A model generated the notes under the pieces. That model saw only the letters and a list, made by a program, of their open reading frames with translations. It was not told where the DNA came from and did no database searches. This document shows, piece by piece, positions 1-9,415 of a stretch of DNA of 64,000 nt (positions within the stretch are counted from its first letter, which is position 1; the number at the start of each line of letters is the position of its first letter). The position numbers were made by a program, and so were the translations under genes. The DNA comes from a bacterium (GTDB taxonomy: Bacteria > Bacteroidota > Ignavibacteria > UBA10030). The DNA lies in NCBI GenBank assembly GCA_043803945.1, contig JAZDJN010000080.1, positions 37,253 to 101,252 of the forward strand. The letters run 5' to 3'.

Positions 1-92
1 AAACCCTATACGACAAAGGAACTCTCAGAGTGTGTGCGTGATGTGCTTGGCCGTCACTCTCAGTAACGGGTTTCGTGAAATTCCGGCACGTC

Positions 93-1946
93 TTATCCCC
101 GCTCTTCCACGATCTCCACCTTTTTCTTACTCATCCTGTTCCGCTCGTTATGGTCGAGATACTTCTTGCGTAATCGGATGGATTGCGGTGTTATCTCGAC
201 ATATTCATCATCACCGATCCATTCAATAGCCTGTTCAAGTGTCATAATTCGGGGTGGCTCCAGCCGGATCGCATCATCGGTTCCGGATGCACGCATATTC
301 GTGAGTTGCTTCATTCGGCAGGCATTAATGACCATGTCGTGTTCGCGTGAATTTTCCCCGACAATCATACCAGCATACACTCTGGTTCCCGGTTCAACGA
401 AAAAGGTCGACCGGTCTTGGAGTTTTCCCATTGCGTACGCGACAGCATTGCCATGTTCCAGGACAATGAGGGCACCGCGATTTCTCTGGCTCATTTCGCC
501 CTTGTAGGGTTCATACCCATGAAAGTTATGATGGAGAATGCCAGTTCCTTTTGTTTGTGTCATAAATTCGGAACGGAATCCGATCAGCCCGCGCGCAGGC
601 ACAATGAACTCTAACCGCGTGTTTCCCTGGAATTGGAGCATGTGCCTCATCTCTCCTTTGCGGCGTCCAAGATTCTCAATCACCGTACCAACATGTTCAT
701 CGGGAACATCGATGATAACATGCTCCATCGGTTCACACAACACATCAGCGATGCGTTTATAGATGACTTCGGGCCGGGAGACTTGAAGCTCGTATCCTTC
801 GCGCCGCATCGTCTCAATGAGAATCGCAAGGTGCAGCTCTCCCCGTCCGCTCACTTTAAACACATCAGTCGAGTCCGTCAGCTCAACCCGCAGCGCAACG
901 TTGGAACGCAGCTCCCGAGCCAGCCGCTCACCCAGATGACGCGAGGTGACATACTTTCCCTCCAGCCCTGACAACGGCGAGTTGTTGACCATGAAGTTCA
1001 TAGAGAGCGTCGGTTCTTCGATGGAGACAAACGGAAGCGGTGTGGGGTCGCTTGCATCGGCAATGGTATTACCGATATCGACATCTTCCATCCCCGCCAG
1101 TGCAATGATGTCTCCCGCGCTTGCTTCCGGCACTTCCACACGTTTGAGCCCCTCGAACGCATAAATCTTTGTCACGCGTGCATCCTCGGCCATTCCTTCC
1201 GGATGAATAATTTTCATCGGTCCACCAAGGCGAATGGTACCCCGGACAATGCGGCCGATTCCAAGGCGACCCAAATAATCGTTGTAGTCGATTGTCGTTA
1301 CAAGCATTTGAAAGGGTAGATCGGCATCGCCGGGAGGAGCGGGGACGCTCTCCACGATCGATTCGAATAGAGGTTCGAGGTTCTCTCCTGGGTCGTCGAG
1401 TTCCCGTTTGGCTATCCCCTGCTTCGCAATACAGTAAATGGTGGGAAAATCGAGCTGCTGATCGTTTGCACCAAGCGAAAGGAACAGTTCGAAGACTTCG
1501 TCGAGCACTTCATGCGGACGAGCATCTTTACGATCGATCTTGTTGATGACGACAATGGGTTGAAGGTTCAACTCGAGCGACTTCTTGAGGACAAACTTTG
1601 TTCCGGGTAGCGGACCCTCCGCAGCATCGACCAGCAGGAGGACACCGTTTACCATCTTGAGTGTCCGTTCCACCTCGCCGGCAAAGTCGGCGTGACCCGG
1701 CGTATCGACAATATTAATTTTGATAGTACTGTTATCGCTCCGCCGTTTATAAAAAACGGAGGTGTTCTTTGCGAGAATGGTAATTCCCCGTTCCCGCTCT
1801 AAGTCGTTAGAATCCATCACACGCGTGATCATTTCCTGGTTTGCCCGGAATGTTCCGGTTTGCCGAAGCATATAATCCACCAGGGTTGTCTTTCCATGAT
1901 CAACATGCGCAATGATGGCAATATTTCGAATATCGTCTCTTCTCAT
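93..1946 (-). CDS. typA: Translational GTPase TypA/BipA
   Basis: [40 protein letters not shown] and GRGELHL motifs, plus C-terminal [15 protein letters not shown]. Confidence 0.97.
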   Translation of the reverse strand: MRRDDIRNIAIIAHVDHGKTTLVDYMLRQTGTFRANQEMITRVMDSNDLERERGITILAKNTSVFYKRRSDNSTIKINIVDTPGHADFAGEVERTLKMVNGVLLLVDAAEGPLPGTKFVLKKSLELNLQPIVVINKIDRKDARPHEVLDEVFELFLSLGANDQQLDFPTIYCIAKQGIAKRELDDPGENLEPLFESIVESVPAPPGDADLPFQMLVTTIDYNDYLGRLGIGRIVRGTIRLGGPMKIIHPEGMAEDARVTKIYAFEGLKRVEVPEASAGDIIALAGMEDVDIGNTIADASDPTPLPFVSIEEPTLSMNFMVNNSPLSGLEGKYVTSRHLGERLARELRSNVALRVELTDSTDVFKVSGRGELHLAILIETMRREGYELQVSRPEVIYKRIADVLCEPMEHVIIDVPDEHVGTVIENLGRRKGEMRHMLQFQGNTRLEFIVPARGLIGFRSEFMTQTKGTGILHHNFHGYEPYKGEMSQRNRGALIVLEHGNAVAYAMGKLQDRSTFFVEPGTRVYAGMIVGENSREHDMVINACRMKQLTNMRASGTDDAIRLEPPRIMTLEQAIEWIGDDEYVEITPQSIRLRKKYLDHNERNRMSKKKVEIVEERG

Positions 1947-2145
1947 AGCAGTTCAACTAGTGATCAATGATACATCTTGAGAAAAAAAATGCCTCGGAAT
2001 CATTATATCGATCTGAGGCGGAACTTACTGGTGGTTATCCTCACTACAGCACTAAGATACGGCTAATTTTGATGAGAGAAAAGGAGGATTTCAAGAGGGG
2101 TGCTCAAGAAAGCATAACGCCCATTCTCTCACTCCAGAAAAAAAC

Positions 2146-2430
2146 TTAGATGGCAAAGAAATGGGCGTTCTACTATCAGGGGTGGACAACTGCCAATAGG
2201 AAACACTTGTCGGAGCACCTGCCCCATCAGTCACAATTGTTACATAGCTGCGACTCTTATCAAAAAACGAATAGGTATACGCTCTTGTGTTAAATCCAAA
2301 GATAGATGTTGATAATTTCAATCGACTCCGGAGGCATGGAAATGTTCCTTCTGGTGTTGTGAGGCTCCCCTCACCGCCGATAAGGTAATCATAGGTGACG
2401 GTCGTCGCAAGCACGAGTGTTATAAGCCAA
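2146..2430 (-). pseudogene. Fragment of a secreted-protein gene with no credible start
   Basis: The frame of ORF 2091..2447 reads TYDYLIGGEGSLTTPEGTFPCLRSRL...VSYWQL, which is protein-like. It has no RBS or signal peptide and the tail drifts into intergenic-like sequence. Boundaries approximate. Confidence 0.35.
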
Positions 2431-2436
2431 ATGGCC

Positions 2437-3060
2437 TCACAGATCAAGGTGTAATCCGATCTTTAAAACCGGGAATATCAACTGGCGATCTTTTTCGCCG
2501 GAGAATCCTCCGCGAGATATGCCTACCAACCATAGGAATCCAATTCCTCGACCTTCGATCGAATCATGACCGATAGTGACTTCTAGTGATGTGGCACCGC
2601 CCTTCCCGGTTGCAAGGAACGACTCCTCAATGTTCAGAACGTTTAAGGACAATAATGTTCCTTTGCCCGTACGGTCAAAGAAATATGAACCTTTAAAGCC
2701 ACCTCCAGCGCCCCCCTGCGGAAGATCATGTCCGGCGACCAATGCAACACCCGCCTTCACGCCAAAAGCGAATTCATCATTGATTTGGTACTGAACGCCG
2801 AAAGCTAACAGTTCAAAAAAGCCTAGTCCTGTGTAGATTGAGACTGTTCGCGTGGCCACCCTCTGCGCCGATGATTGTTCATAGTTTTGCCCCCTGCCAA
2901 CACTAGCGGGTGTATCTTGGCTCCTGATTGCTGATGCGAAAGACTTTTCCGAATCTGCAACTTGATTCTGAGGGGCATAGGGAGATTGCTGTTGAGAATA
3001 CCCAACTGTGACGAGAATGAAAGAGAGAAATATCGCTTTAAGTTTCGCTCTTGTGAGCAT
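2437..3060 (-). CDS. Hypothetical exported protein, possible small outer-membrane beta-barrel
   Basis: AGGAG RBS, signal peptide, alternating Gly/aromatic beta-strands, C-terminal LKIGLHLDL. Confidence 0.65.
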   Translation of the reverse strand: MLTRAKLKAIFLSFILVTVGYSQQQSPYAPQNQVADSEKSFASAIRSQDTPASVGRGQNYEQSSAQRVATRTVSIYTGLGFFELLAFGVQYQINDEFAFGVKAGVALVAGHDLPQGGAGGGFKGSYFFDRTGKGTLLSLNVLNIEESFLATGKGGATSLEVTIGHDSIEGRGIGFLWLVGISRGGFSGEKDRQLIFPVLKIGLHLDL

Positions 3061-3282
3061 AAGATTGTCTCCTAGAATTGTAAGCGTGAGATTATACAGC
3101 TACGAGCGCTATGTGCAATGTTAAGTTTCAAGCCATGATCATTTGCCGTGTTATGCGAAGAATTCACTCGCTATTCTCCATCGGCTGTGATAACAAACGG
3201 ATCTTCTCGTAGACCTGGAGAAACAATATCGTCAGTTGCAGTGAGTCGCGTTGCGGGCAGCCTGAAATTTCCCGATTTGATC

Positions 3283-3792
3283 CTATTGTTTTTCTTTCGC
3301 ATCTGAGTCTCTCGAAAGTTGGTATTCATAGGTGTGTCCTATGATGAGACCGGCAATAGCACCGGCAGGGACCCCAATGAGAATCCCATAGATAGCTCCA
3401 ACCAAGACGAGGACACCCGGCTCGACTTTTGGCATCTTAGACAACACGGGTATCATAACTACGGAGCCAGCCAATGCTCCAATCCCCGCCCATTCGACCA
3501 TTGCTTGAAGTCGACCTGTATACCGGATGCTGAACACTTGTGAGAATTGAACGGACTGCCGCGAACTTCGCCATGGTTGAAAAATAATGGAATCACGGCG
3601 TACTTCGTGAATCATCCCTGAAACGATGCTGTTCTTCAACGTGATGATCGCGTTCTCGCCTTCGACGGCATCCCGAAGTTCTTCGAACGAGACCGTATTG
3701 CCAGTCTTCATACCCGAAGGAACGTCGACAAGTTGATAGGATGAGGTGCAACCGGTAAAAAAGATGAGGAAGAGTAATATAGCTTTTCTCAT
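3283..3792 (-). CDS. Hypothetical lipoprotein with C-terminal glycine-zipper-like membrane segments
   Basis: Lipobox FFTG-C, AAAGGA RBS, GIGALAG...GAIYG..GVPAGAIAG segments. Confidence 0.75.
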   Translation of the reverse strand: MRKAILLFLIFFTGCTSSYQLVDVPSGMKTGNTVSFEELRDAVEGENAIITLKNSIVSGMIHEVRRDSIIFQPWRSSRQSVQFSQVFSIRYTGRLQAMVEWAGIGALAGSVVMIPVLSKMPKVEPGVLVLVGAIYGILIGVPAGAIAGLIIGHTYEYQLSRDSDAKEKQ

Positions 3793-3883
3793 GAGATGAT
3801 CCTTTGGAGATTCGATTCGAAAACTAGTGGCGCTGCAATCGTGCGGCGATGTATTCTACGACATTCCACGTACAATCATTTGT

Positions 3884-5255
3884 CTAAAAAAGAGGCTCGA
3901 TTTCCCATTCCCATTCGATACCAAGCTTTAATTGTAAGTACGCTGGAGTGTAACCCGCGAATATAATATTGTAGTCTGCGGCAACGTTAAGTCTCAGCTT
4001 ATCACCGAGGAACATTCTATAACCGACATTTGGTGAGATACCCAATTGAGTATATTCACTGGGGAGGTCGCCACCGGCAATGAAATAACCGATGGTCCCG
4101 CCGATATACGGGCTGCTTTTACCATAAAGAAAGTAGTATTCAATGCCGCCTGTAATAGGCAAGTAAGAGCTCTGGATATTGAAGTTGTTCCCAACCGACT
4201 TCTCGCCGAACTTGATATACCCAATAGCAATTTGGGCAGCAAGGTTGTAGTTGAGCATGTAATTGAGATTTATTCTACCCCCTGATCCAGGTTCAGCGAA
4301 TTGGCTGAGATTACTAGAGGAGAACGCTGTGCCATAATTAGCACCCACTGACAGTTGTTGCGCAACTACGGGAGATTGTAAAGGGATTATTAAAAGAAAT
4401 GAGATAAGAGCAAGCTCCGCGTTTGAGAGCGTTCGGTTATAAACGAACACCTCATCGATCACGCCGTCGAAATAATGCTGGTTGTTGCCGATGCCTTTGC
4501 CGAGGGTTGGATTCTTCAACAAGTTTGTCCTCCCGATTCTGATGGCCCCGAAAGCCAGTTGACCTGTCTGCTGGCCATTCATGTAGACTCGAATGGTTGA
4601 GCCATTGTACGTAAACGCAATGTGCGACCAGGTGTTCAGCGGAGCCAACTGAGAGCCCACAATCCGATTTTGATTTCCGTTTTCGTCGAAGATGAGACCC
4701 GTCGCTTGACCATTCACCAGGAGAAGATTCCAGAATTCATCGCGCAGCATCACTCCGGCTTCTTGTTTGTACGAACGAGGCTTCACCCATACCGCCACAG
4801 AAACTTCTTTCTCTATTGCACGAACCGATGGCGATTCGGCAAAATCGATGTAGCCGTCGGTGCCATTAAAGTCGTACGCACGTCCGAATACTCCGAAGCG
4901 GTCTGCAGCAGATTGTACTCCGTTCCGGAGCGTGCCATTATTGTCGTTGCCTGCAAAATCATTTGCGTTTCCGTTCAGCGGAAAATATGCGACAAGTCCA
5001 TCGTTTAGATTATTTCCCGCCGTGCGGAACCGACGTGTCTCTGACCAGGTACCCGCAGAAGAATCTTTTGCAGCGCGGACCCGCCAGAAGAAGGTCGTTC
5101 CTTGTGCTAGTGTATCGAGCTGGACTTGGTTTGATTGAGAAACTGTGCGGCTGTAGACAACCGTCGAGAATGAAGATTTCAGCGCTACCTCCACCGAATA
5201 GCCCGTCGCCCCCGCCACGGGATTCCAACTAAGGACAGGTGCTCGACTCAGTCCT
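3884..5255 (-). pseudogene. Chimeric ORF: Fn3-like fragment + LamG/ConA-like domain + outer-membrane beta-barrel
   Basis: The open frame starts mid-Fn3 (GLSRAPVLSWNPVAGATGY...FFWRVRA). It continues into LamG (GLVAYFPLNGNAND...FDGVIDEVFVYNRTLSNAEL), then a signal-peptide-like ALISFLLIIPLQSPVVAQQ, then a beta-barrel ending LKLGIEWEW. Confidence 0.6.
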
Positions 5256-5489
5256 GCACATTGCCGGATACTCCTTTAACATCTAAACTATTGGTGTAGT
5301 TCCTTTCTTGCGCATTTTCCATTCAATCCGCACTCAAGCTGAAGATAAATGTGCATGATTGGCTTCCTCCAATCAAGAACCCAACTCCAGATGGAAATCG
5401 TGTATCTGATTCCAGGCTATTCTCGGTTTCCATAATTGCTTCCTGATCGGGTGATTCATGATGGAGATCTGGGTTAGATGGATGATTAC

Positions 5490-5572
5490 TAGGGCGTCAC
5501 GAACCACTTCGTGACGCAAAATGCGAAAAACATTCAGTTTTAGTGTGTCACGGTGTGGACCGTGACACCCTT
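5490..5572. repeat. Inverted pair of REP-like palindromes (REPIN-like)
   Basis: AGGGCGTCACGAA-CCAC-TTCGTGACGC at 5491-5517 and inverted GTGTCACGG-TGTGGA-CCGTGACACCCT at 5545-5571. Confidence 0.7.
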
Positions 5573-5653
5573 GGCGTACTTTTTAGTCAACGTTTTTTCC
5601 TTTTGGACGACTTCTGATCTAATCGTTTCTCCTTATCCCAGCATCATTTGATA

Positions 5654-7441
5654 CTATTTCACCAATGTAACCTTTCGTGTTTGCGTAAATGAACCGGTAC
5701 GAAGTGTTGCGAAGTAGGTGCCGCTTTGTTGATTGGTCGCATTCCATTGAACACTGTATTGACCGGCCGGTAGTTCTTGGTCGACAAGTGTTGCAACTTC
5801 TTTCCCGATCACATCATAAATCTTCAACACTGCCATGGAGTGTTGTGGAATACTGATCTGAAAACTCGTCGATGGATTAAACGGATTGGGATAGTTCTGT
5901 CCAAGAGAAAAACTGCCAGGAAGGCATAAGGGTCCCTCTCTCTCGAGAGATGTCGTGGTATTATCTAACTTCACGATAAATAGATCATAACTATTCACAT
6001 TGGGATTTCTTGTTAGTGTCAAACTGCCGAACGCCACGGAAGGACTTGTGAACGCCCCTGTGAGTACTAATTTGCTGCTTGCATCAATTGTGAGGGCGTA
6101 ACCGTATTCATTCGAAGTTCCCCCGGCACTTTTTGCCCAAAGCAGGTTGCCCGCTACATCGTATTTCACAACGAACATATCGGAATAGTTTATTGTTGTA
6201 GTATTTGTCAAAGTCGTGGTGCCAAACGTAATAGTGGTACTGAAGAAATACCCCGAAACATAACTGGCCCCGCTGGCATCAGTGCGAATACAAGTACCAT
6301 TATCTTCAGTATTTCCCCCGGCGCTTTTTGCCCAAAGCACAGTACCCGCTGAATCATATTTTGCAACAAACATGTCGCGGTTGCCGTTGGTAGTTGTGTT
6401 GGTTAAGGTACTGCTCCCAAATGTCAGGCTCGTGCTGCTAAACCATCCTGTAACGAAGACATTCCCCTGGGCATTGGTACTTATGCTGTTACCCTCATCA
6501 TTATCGGTCCCCACAGCACTTTTCGCCCAGAGAGCATTGCCGGAAGCATCATATTTTGCTATAAAAAAATCATCGGAGCCACCTGTATTAGTTAAGGTCG
6601 TGCTGCCAACAGTAAGTGTTGGACTGTTAAATCGACCTGTAATAATAATATTTCCTTTTGAATCAATACTGATGCTGTTGCTCTGATCAACATTGGGCCC
6701 CCCAACTTTTTTCGCCCAGAGGACATTGCCCGAAGCATCATATTTCACGATAACAATATCGCGGCTACCAGAAGTTGTTACCGTGATACTTCCAAACGTA
6801 ATGGAAGGGCCATTAAAATATCCGGTGAGATACACATTACCACTTGCATCCACACCGATGCCTCTGCCATCCGCTTGAACCGCTGCCCCGGCACTTTTTG
6901 CCCAGAGTATATTGCCCGAAGCATCATATTTCGCAATAAAAATATTCGCCGTGAAACCAGAGTTGTCTGTATTGGTCAACGTCGTAGTCCCAAATGTGAT
7001 TGTAGGGCTTTGAAAAAATCCCGTTACATACGCATTGCCGCTTGCATCCACACAGATGCTGTTGCTATTATCGTCATTGGGCCCGCCTGCATTCCTTGCC
7101 CAGAGTACATTTCCTGATGCATCGTACTTCACGACAAAAATATCAAATGAAGAATTGCTGGTAAACGTTGTGGCGCCAAACGTAATGGAAGGACTACTGA
7201 AATATCCTGTTACATACACATTGCCGTTAGCATCCACGCTGACGCTTTTTCCATAATCCGCTCCAGTGCCACCTGCGCTTTTTGCCCAGAGGTAACCGGG
7301 GGATTGTGCGTTTGCCTTGTGGCTCCAACCTCCTAGAAAGGCGGAGAGAACGATTGTGAAGAGTACAATGTGTGATGAGTTCATAAGTTTCCTTAACGAA
7401 TAAACCAATGAGATAATTCTCATGTTCAAATTTTCCTCCAT
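5654..7441 (-). CDS. SBBP-type beta-propeller repeat protein with T9SS type-A CTD (true start may be 7423 or 7384)
   Basis: Seven repeats of D.SGNVYVTG.F...DIF..KYDASGN.LWAK; C-terminal LGQNYPNPFNPST...TRKVTLVK. Confidence 0.9.
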   Translation of the reverse strand: MEENLNMRIISLVYSLRKLMNSSHIVLFTIVLSAFLGGWSHKANAQSPGYLWAKSAGGTGADYGKSVSVDANGNVYVTGYFSSPSITFGATTFTSNSSFDIFVVKYDASGNVLWARNAGGPNDDNSNSICVDASGNAYVTGFFQSPTITFGTTTLTNTDNSGFTANIFIAKYDASGNILWAKSAGAAVQADGRGIGVDASGNVYLTGYFNGPSITFGSITVTTSGSRDIVIVKYDASGNVLWAKKVGGPNVDQSNSISIDSKGNIIITGRFNSPTLTVGSTTLTNTGGSDDFFIAKYDASGNALWAKSAVGTDNDEGNSISTNAQGNVFVTGWFSSTSLTFGSSTLTNTTTNGNRDMFVAKYDSAGTVLWAKSAGGNTEDNGTCIRTDASGASYVSGYFFSTTITFGTTTLTNTTTINYSDMFVVKYDVAGNLLWAKSAGGTSNEYGYALTIDASSKLVLTGAFTSPSVAFGSLTLTRNPNVNSYDLFIVKLDNTTTSLEREGPLCLPGSFSLGQNYPNPFNPSTSFQISIPQHSMAVLKIYDVIGKEVATLVDQELPAGQYSVQWNATNQQSGTYFATLRTGSFTQTRKVTLVK

Positions 7442-7475
7442 AGATTATGATGTGCAACCTGTTGTGTTGATACAG

Positions 7476-9329
7476 TTATTTCATTAAAGTCACTTTTCGT
7501 GTTTGGGTCAGCGAACCGGTACGAAGCGTTGCAAAGTAGATGCCGCTTTGATGATTGACAGCATTCCATCGCACATTGTACTGACCGGCCGGAAGTTCTT
7601 GTTCAATAAGTGTTGCAACTTCTTTCCCGATCACATCATAAATCTTCAACACCGTCCTGGAGCGTTGCGGAATACTGATCTGAAAGCTCGTCGATGGATT
7701 AAAGGGATTGGGATAATTTTGACTCAGGCTGAACTCCAATGGAAGTGCGTCGCCTATAGCTTCCACAGATGTTGTCGTTATCGTTTTGAAGCTCCGAGCT
7801 TCTGAGAACACCCCGAGCCCGCTGGCGCCATTAGCATTAACTCTCCAGTAATAGAGCGTGTTGTTTGAAAGCACGGTTGGTGCATAGGAAGTACCCGTTA
7901 GCACGTTTTCACTTACCAACAATTGCGTAAAGGTGGCATTGGTAGAGATTTGAACCTTGTAGAAGGTCACCCCAGCAACGGCGCTCCAGCTTAGCGTTGT
8001 ATTCACCGGTACATTCGTTGACGCGTCAGCCGGCGATAAAAGCGTTGGAGGTGGTGGTCCGACAAGAGTAGTAAAGAATGCGTTCGTTGTTGAATAGGCA
8101 CTCGTACCGGAAGCATTTGTTGCGCTCACACGCCAGTAGTAGCTTGTGCCGTTTGCCAACCCGGAAGCGGTAAACAATGCTGTCGTGATGCCGCTTTGAT
8201 TCACGGCGAAGGTTGCAAAGGTCGAGCTTGTTGAAATTTGAATTGTGTAGGATGTCGCTCCACTTACAGGGCTCCAACTGAACGTCGCAGGGACTGAGAC
8301 AGTTGTCGAATTGTTTGCAGGAGAAGTAAGTGTTGGTATCGACGGCCCTGAAGTTGCGGCGCCAACAGATGTGCGATAAACACCAACTGCTGGTATGGTT
8401 GCAGAAGCAGGGTATGTTCCGCAAATGACATACGATCCACTGAGAATGGCACATTGTGCTTTCACGTTCTGCCAGATATAATATGCATATACTGGAAAAT
8501 CTTTAGTAATATTTGTCCATGTGTCGCCGGCATCGGTTGAAAGAATAATCGTTTGTGCATTCAGAGCGATCACATTATTGCCTTCAGCATCGAGAGTTGA
8601 AAAATCTGTTGTTCCAGCAATACTGACCGGCAATGTCTTTTGAGTCCAATTATCTCCACCGTTGGTCGAACGAAATATATTTCCGCCGGTAAAAGCAATT
8701 AACGAGGTATTACTGGCTACTAATCGGTCAGTTTGCAGAATAATACCCGTCAGTCCGTTGTTCACCGTCGTCCACGTAGTACCCAAATCTGTCGATTTAA
8801 TAACACCGCCGAAAATTCCCACATATAATGTTGTACCAATTTTAGCAAATTTTCTTGCACCCGAACCATTCTTTGACTGCCACGTATTCCCGTTATCCGT
8901 TGACACATACACCCCGCCTAAGATATTCGCGGCAAAGAGGGTACTGCCAATAACGTCGAGGTCGATAATGTTCACTGTTGCGGGAAAACCGCTCGCATTC
9001 GTCCAGGTTTTTCCATCGTCGGTAGAGTAAACGACACCGCTGCCCCCGTTTCTTCCGGCAAAGAGCCTTCCGTTATATTCCAGATAACAATTATAGGTGC
9101 CCGTTGAAGGTAAGAGTGTCCACTGGTCTCCATTGTTCGTAGAGCGATACAATCTTGGAGAGACACCACCGGTGTTAGATGATTGAAGCAACAGGCTTGA
9201 ATTTGCCCCCCGTTCAAGAAGCGAAAATGTTGTCTGATCAAACGGAGTGGTAATTCCGGAATTCACGGCACTCCACTGAGAATAAGCGATTGATGACATC
9301 GCGAACAAAAGCACAATTATTTTTTTCAT
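7476..9329 (-). CDS. BNR/Asp-box beta-propeller + two Fn3-like domains + T9SS type-A CTD
   Basis: Signal peptide, repeated S-T-D/N-x-G-x-T-W, PTLTSPANNS...YYWRV domains, QNYPNPFNP CTD. Confidence 0.9.
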   Translation of the reverse strand: MKKIIVLLFAMSSIAYSQWSAVNSGITTPFDQTTFSLLERGANSSLLLQSSNTGGVSPRLYRSTNNGDQWTLLPSTGTYNCYLEYNGRLFAGRNGGSGVVYSTDDGKTWTNASGFPATVNIIDLDVIGSTLFAANILGGVYVSTDNGNTWQSKNGSGARKFAKIGTTLYVGIFGGVIKSTDLGTTWTTVNNGLTGIILQTDRLVASNTSLIAFTGGNIFRSTNGGDNWTQKTLPVSIAGTTDFSTLDAEGNNVIALNAQTIILSTDAGDTWTNITKDFPVYAYYIWQNVKAQCAILSGSYVICGTYPASATIPAVGVYRTSVGAATSGPSIPTLTSPANNSTTVSVPATFSWSPVSGATSYTIQISTSSTFATFAVNQSGITTALFTASGLANGTSYYWRVSATNASGTSAYSTTNAFFTTLVGPPPPTLLSPADASTNVPVNTTLSWSAVAGVTFYKVQISTNATFTQLLVSENVLTGTSYAPTVLSNNTLYYWRVNANGASGLGVFSEARSFKTITTTSVEAIGDALPLEFSLSQNYPNPFNPSTSFQISIPQRSRTVLKIYDVIGKEVATLIEQELPAGQYNVRWNAVNHQSGIYFATLRTGSLTQTRKVTLMK

Positions 9330-9415
9330 CTGTACTCCTGGTAAATGGTTATGTGTTTTTACTTTTGCTCTATGGATAAACTAAATTGTTTTATCCCTGT
9401 TGATACTTCTTCGTA

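Noticed and set aside
5654-7300. Internal DNA repeats as a mobile or array element
   Set aside because: They are in-frame beta-propeller blade repeats of a single protein
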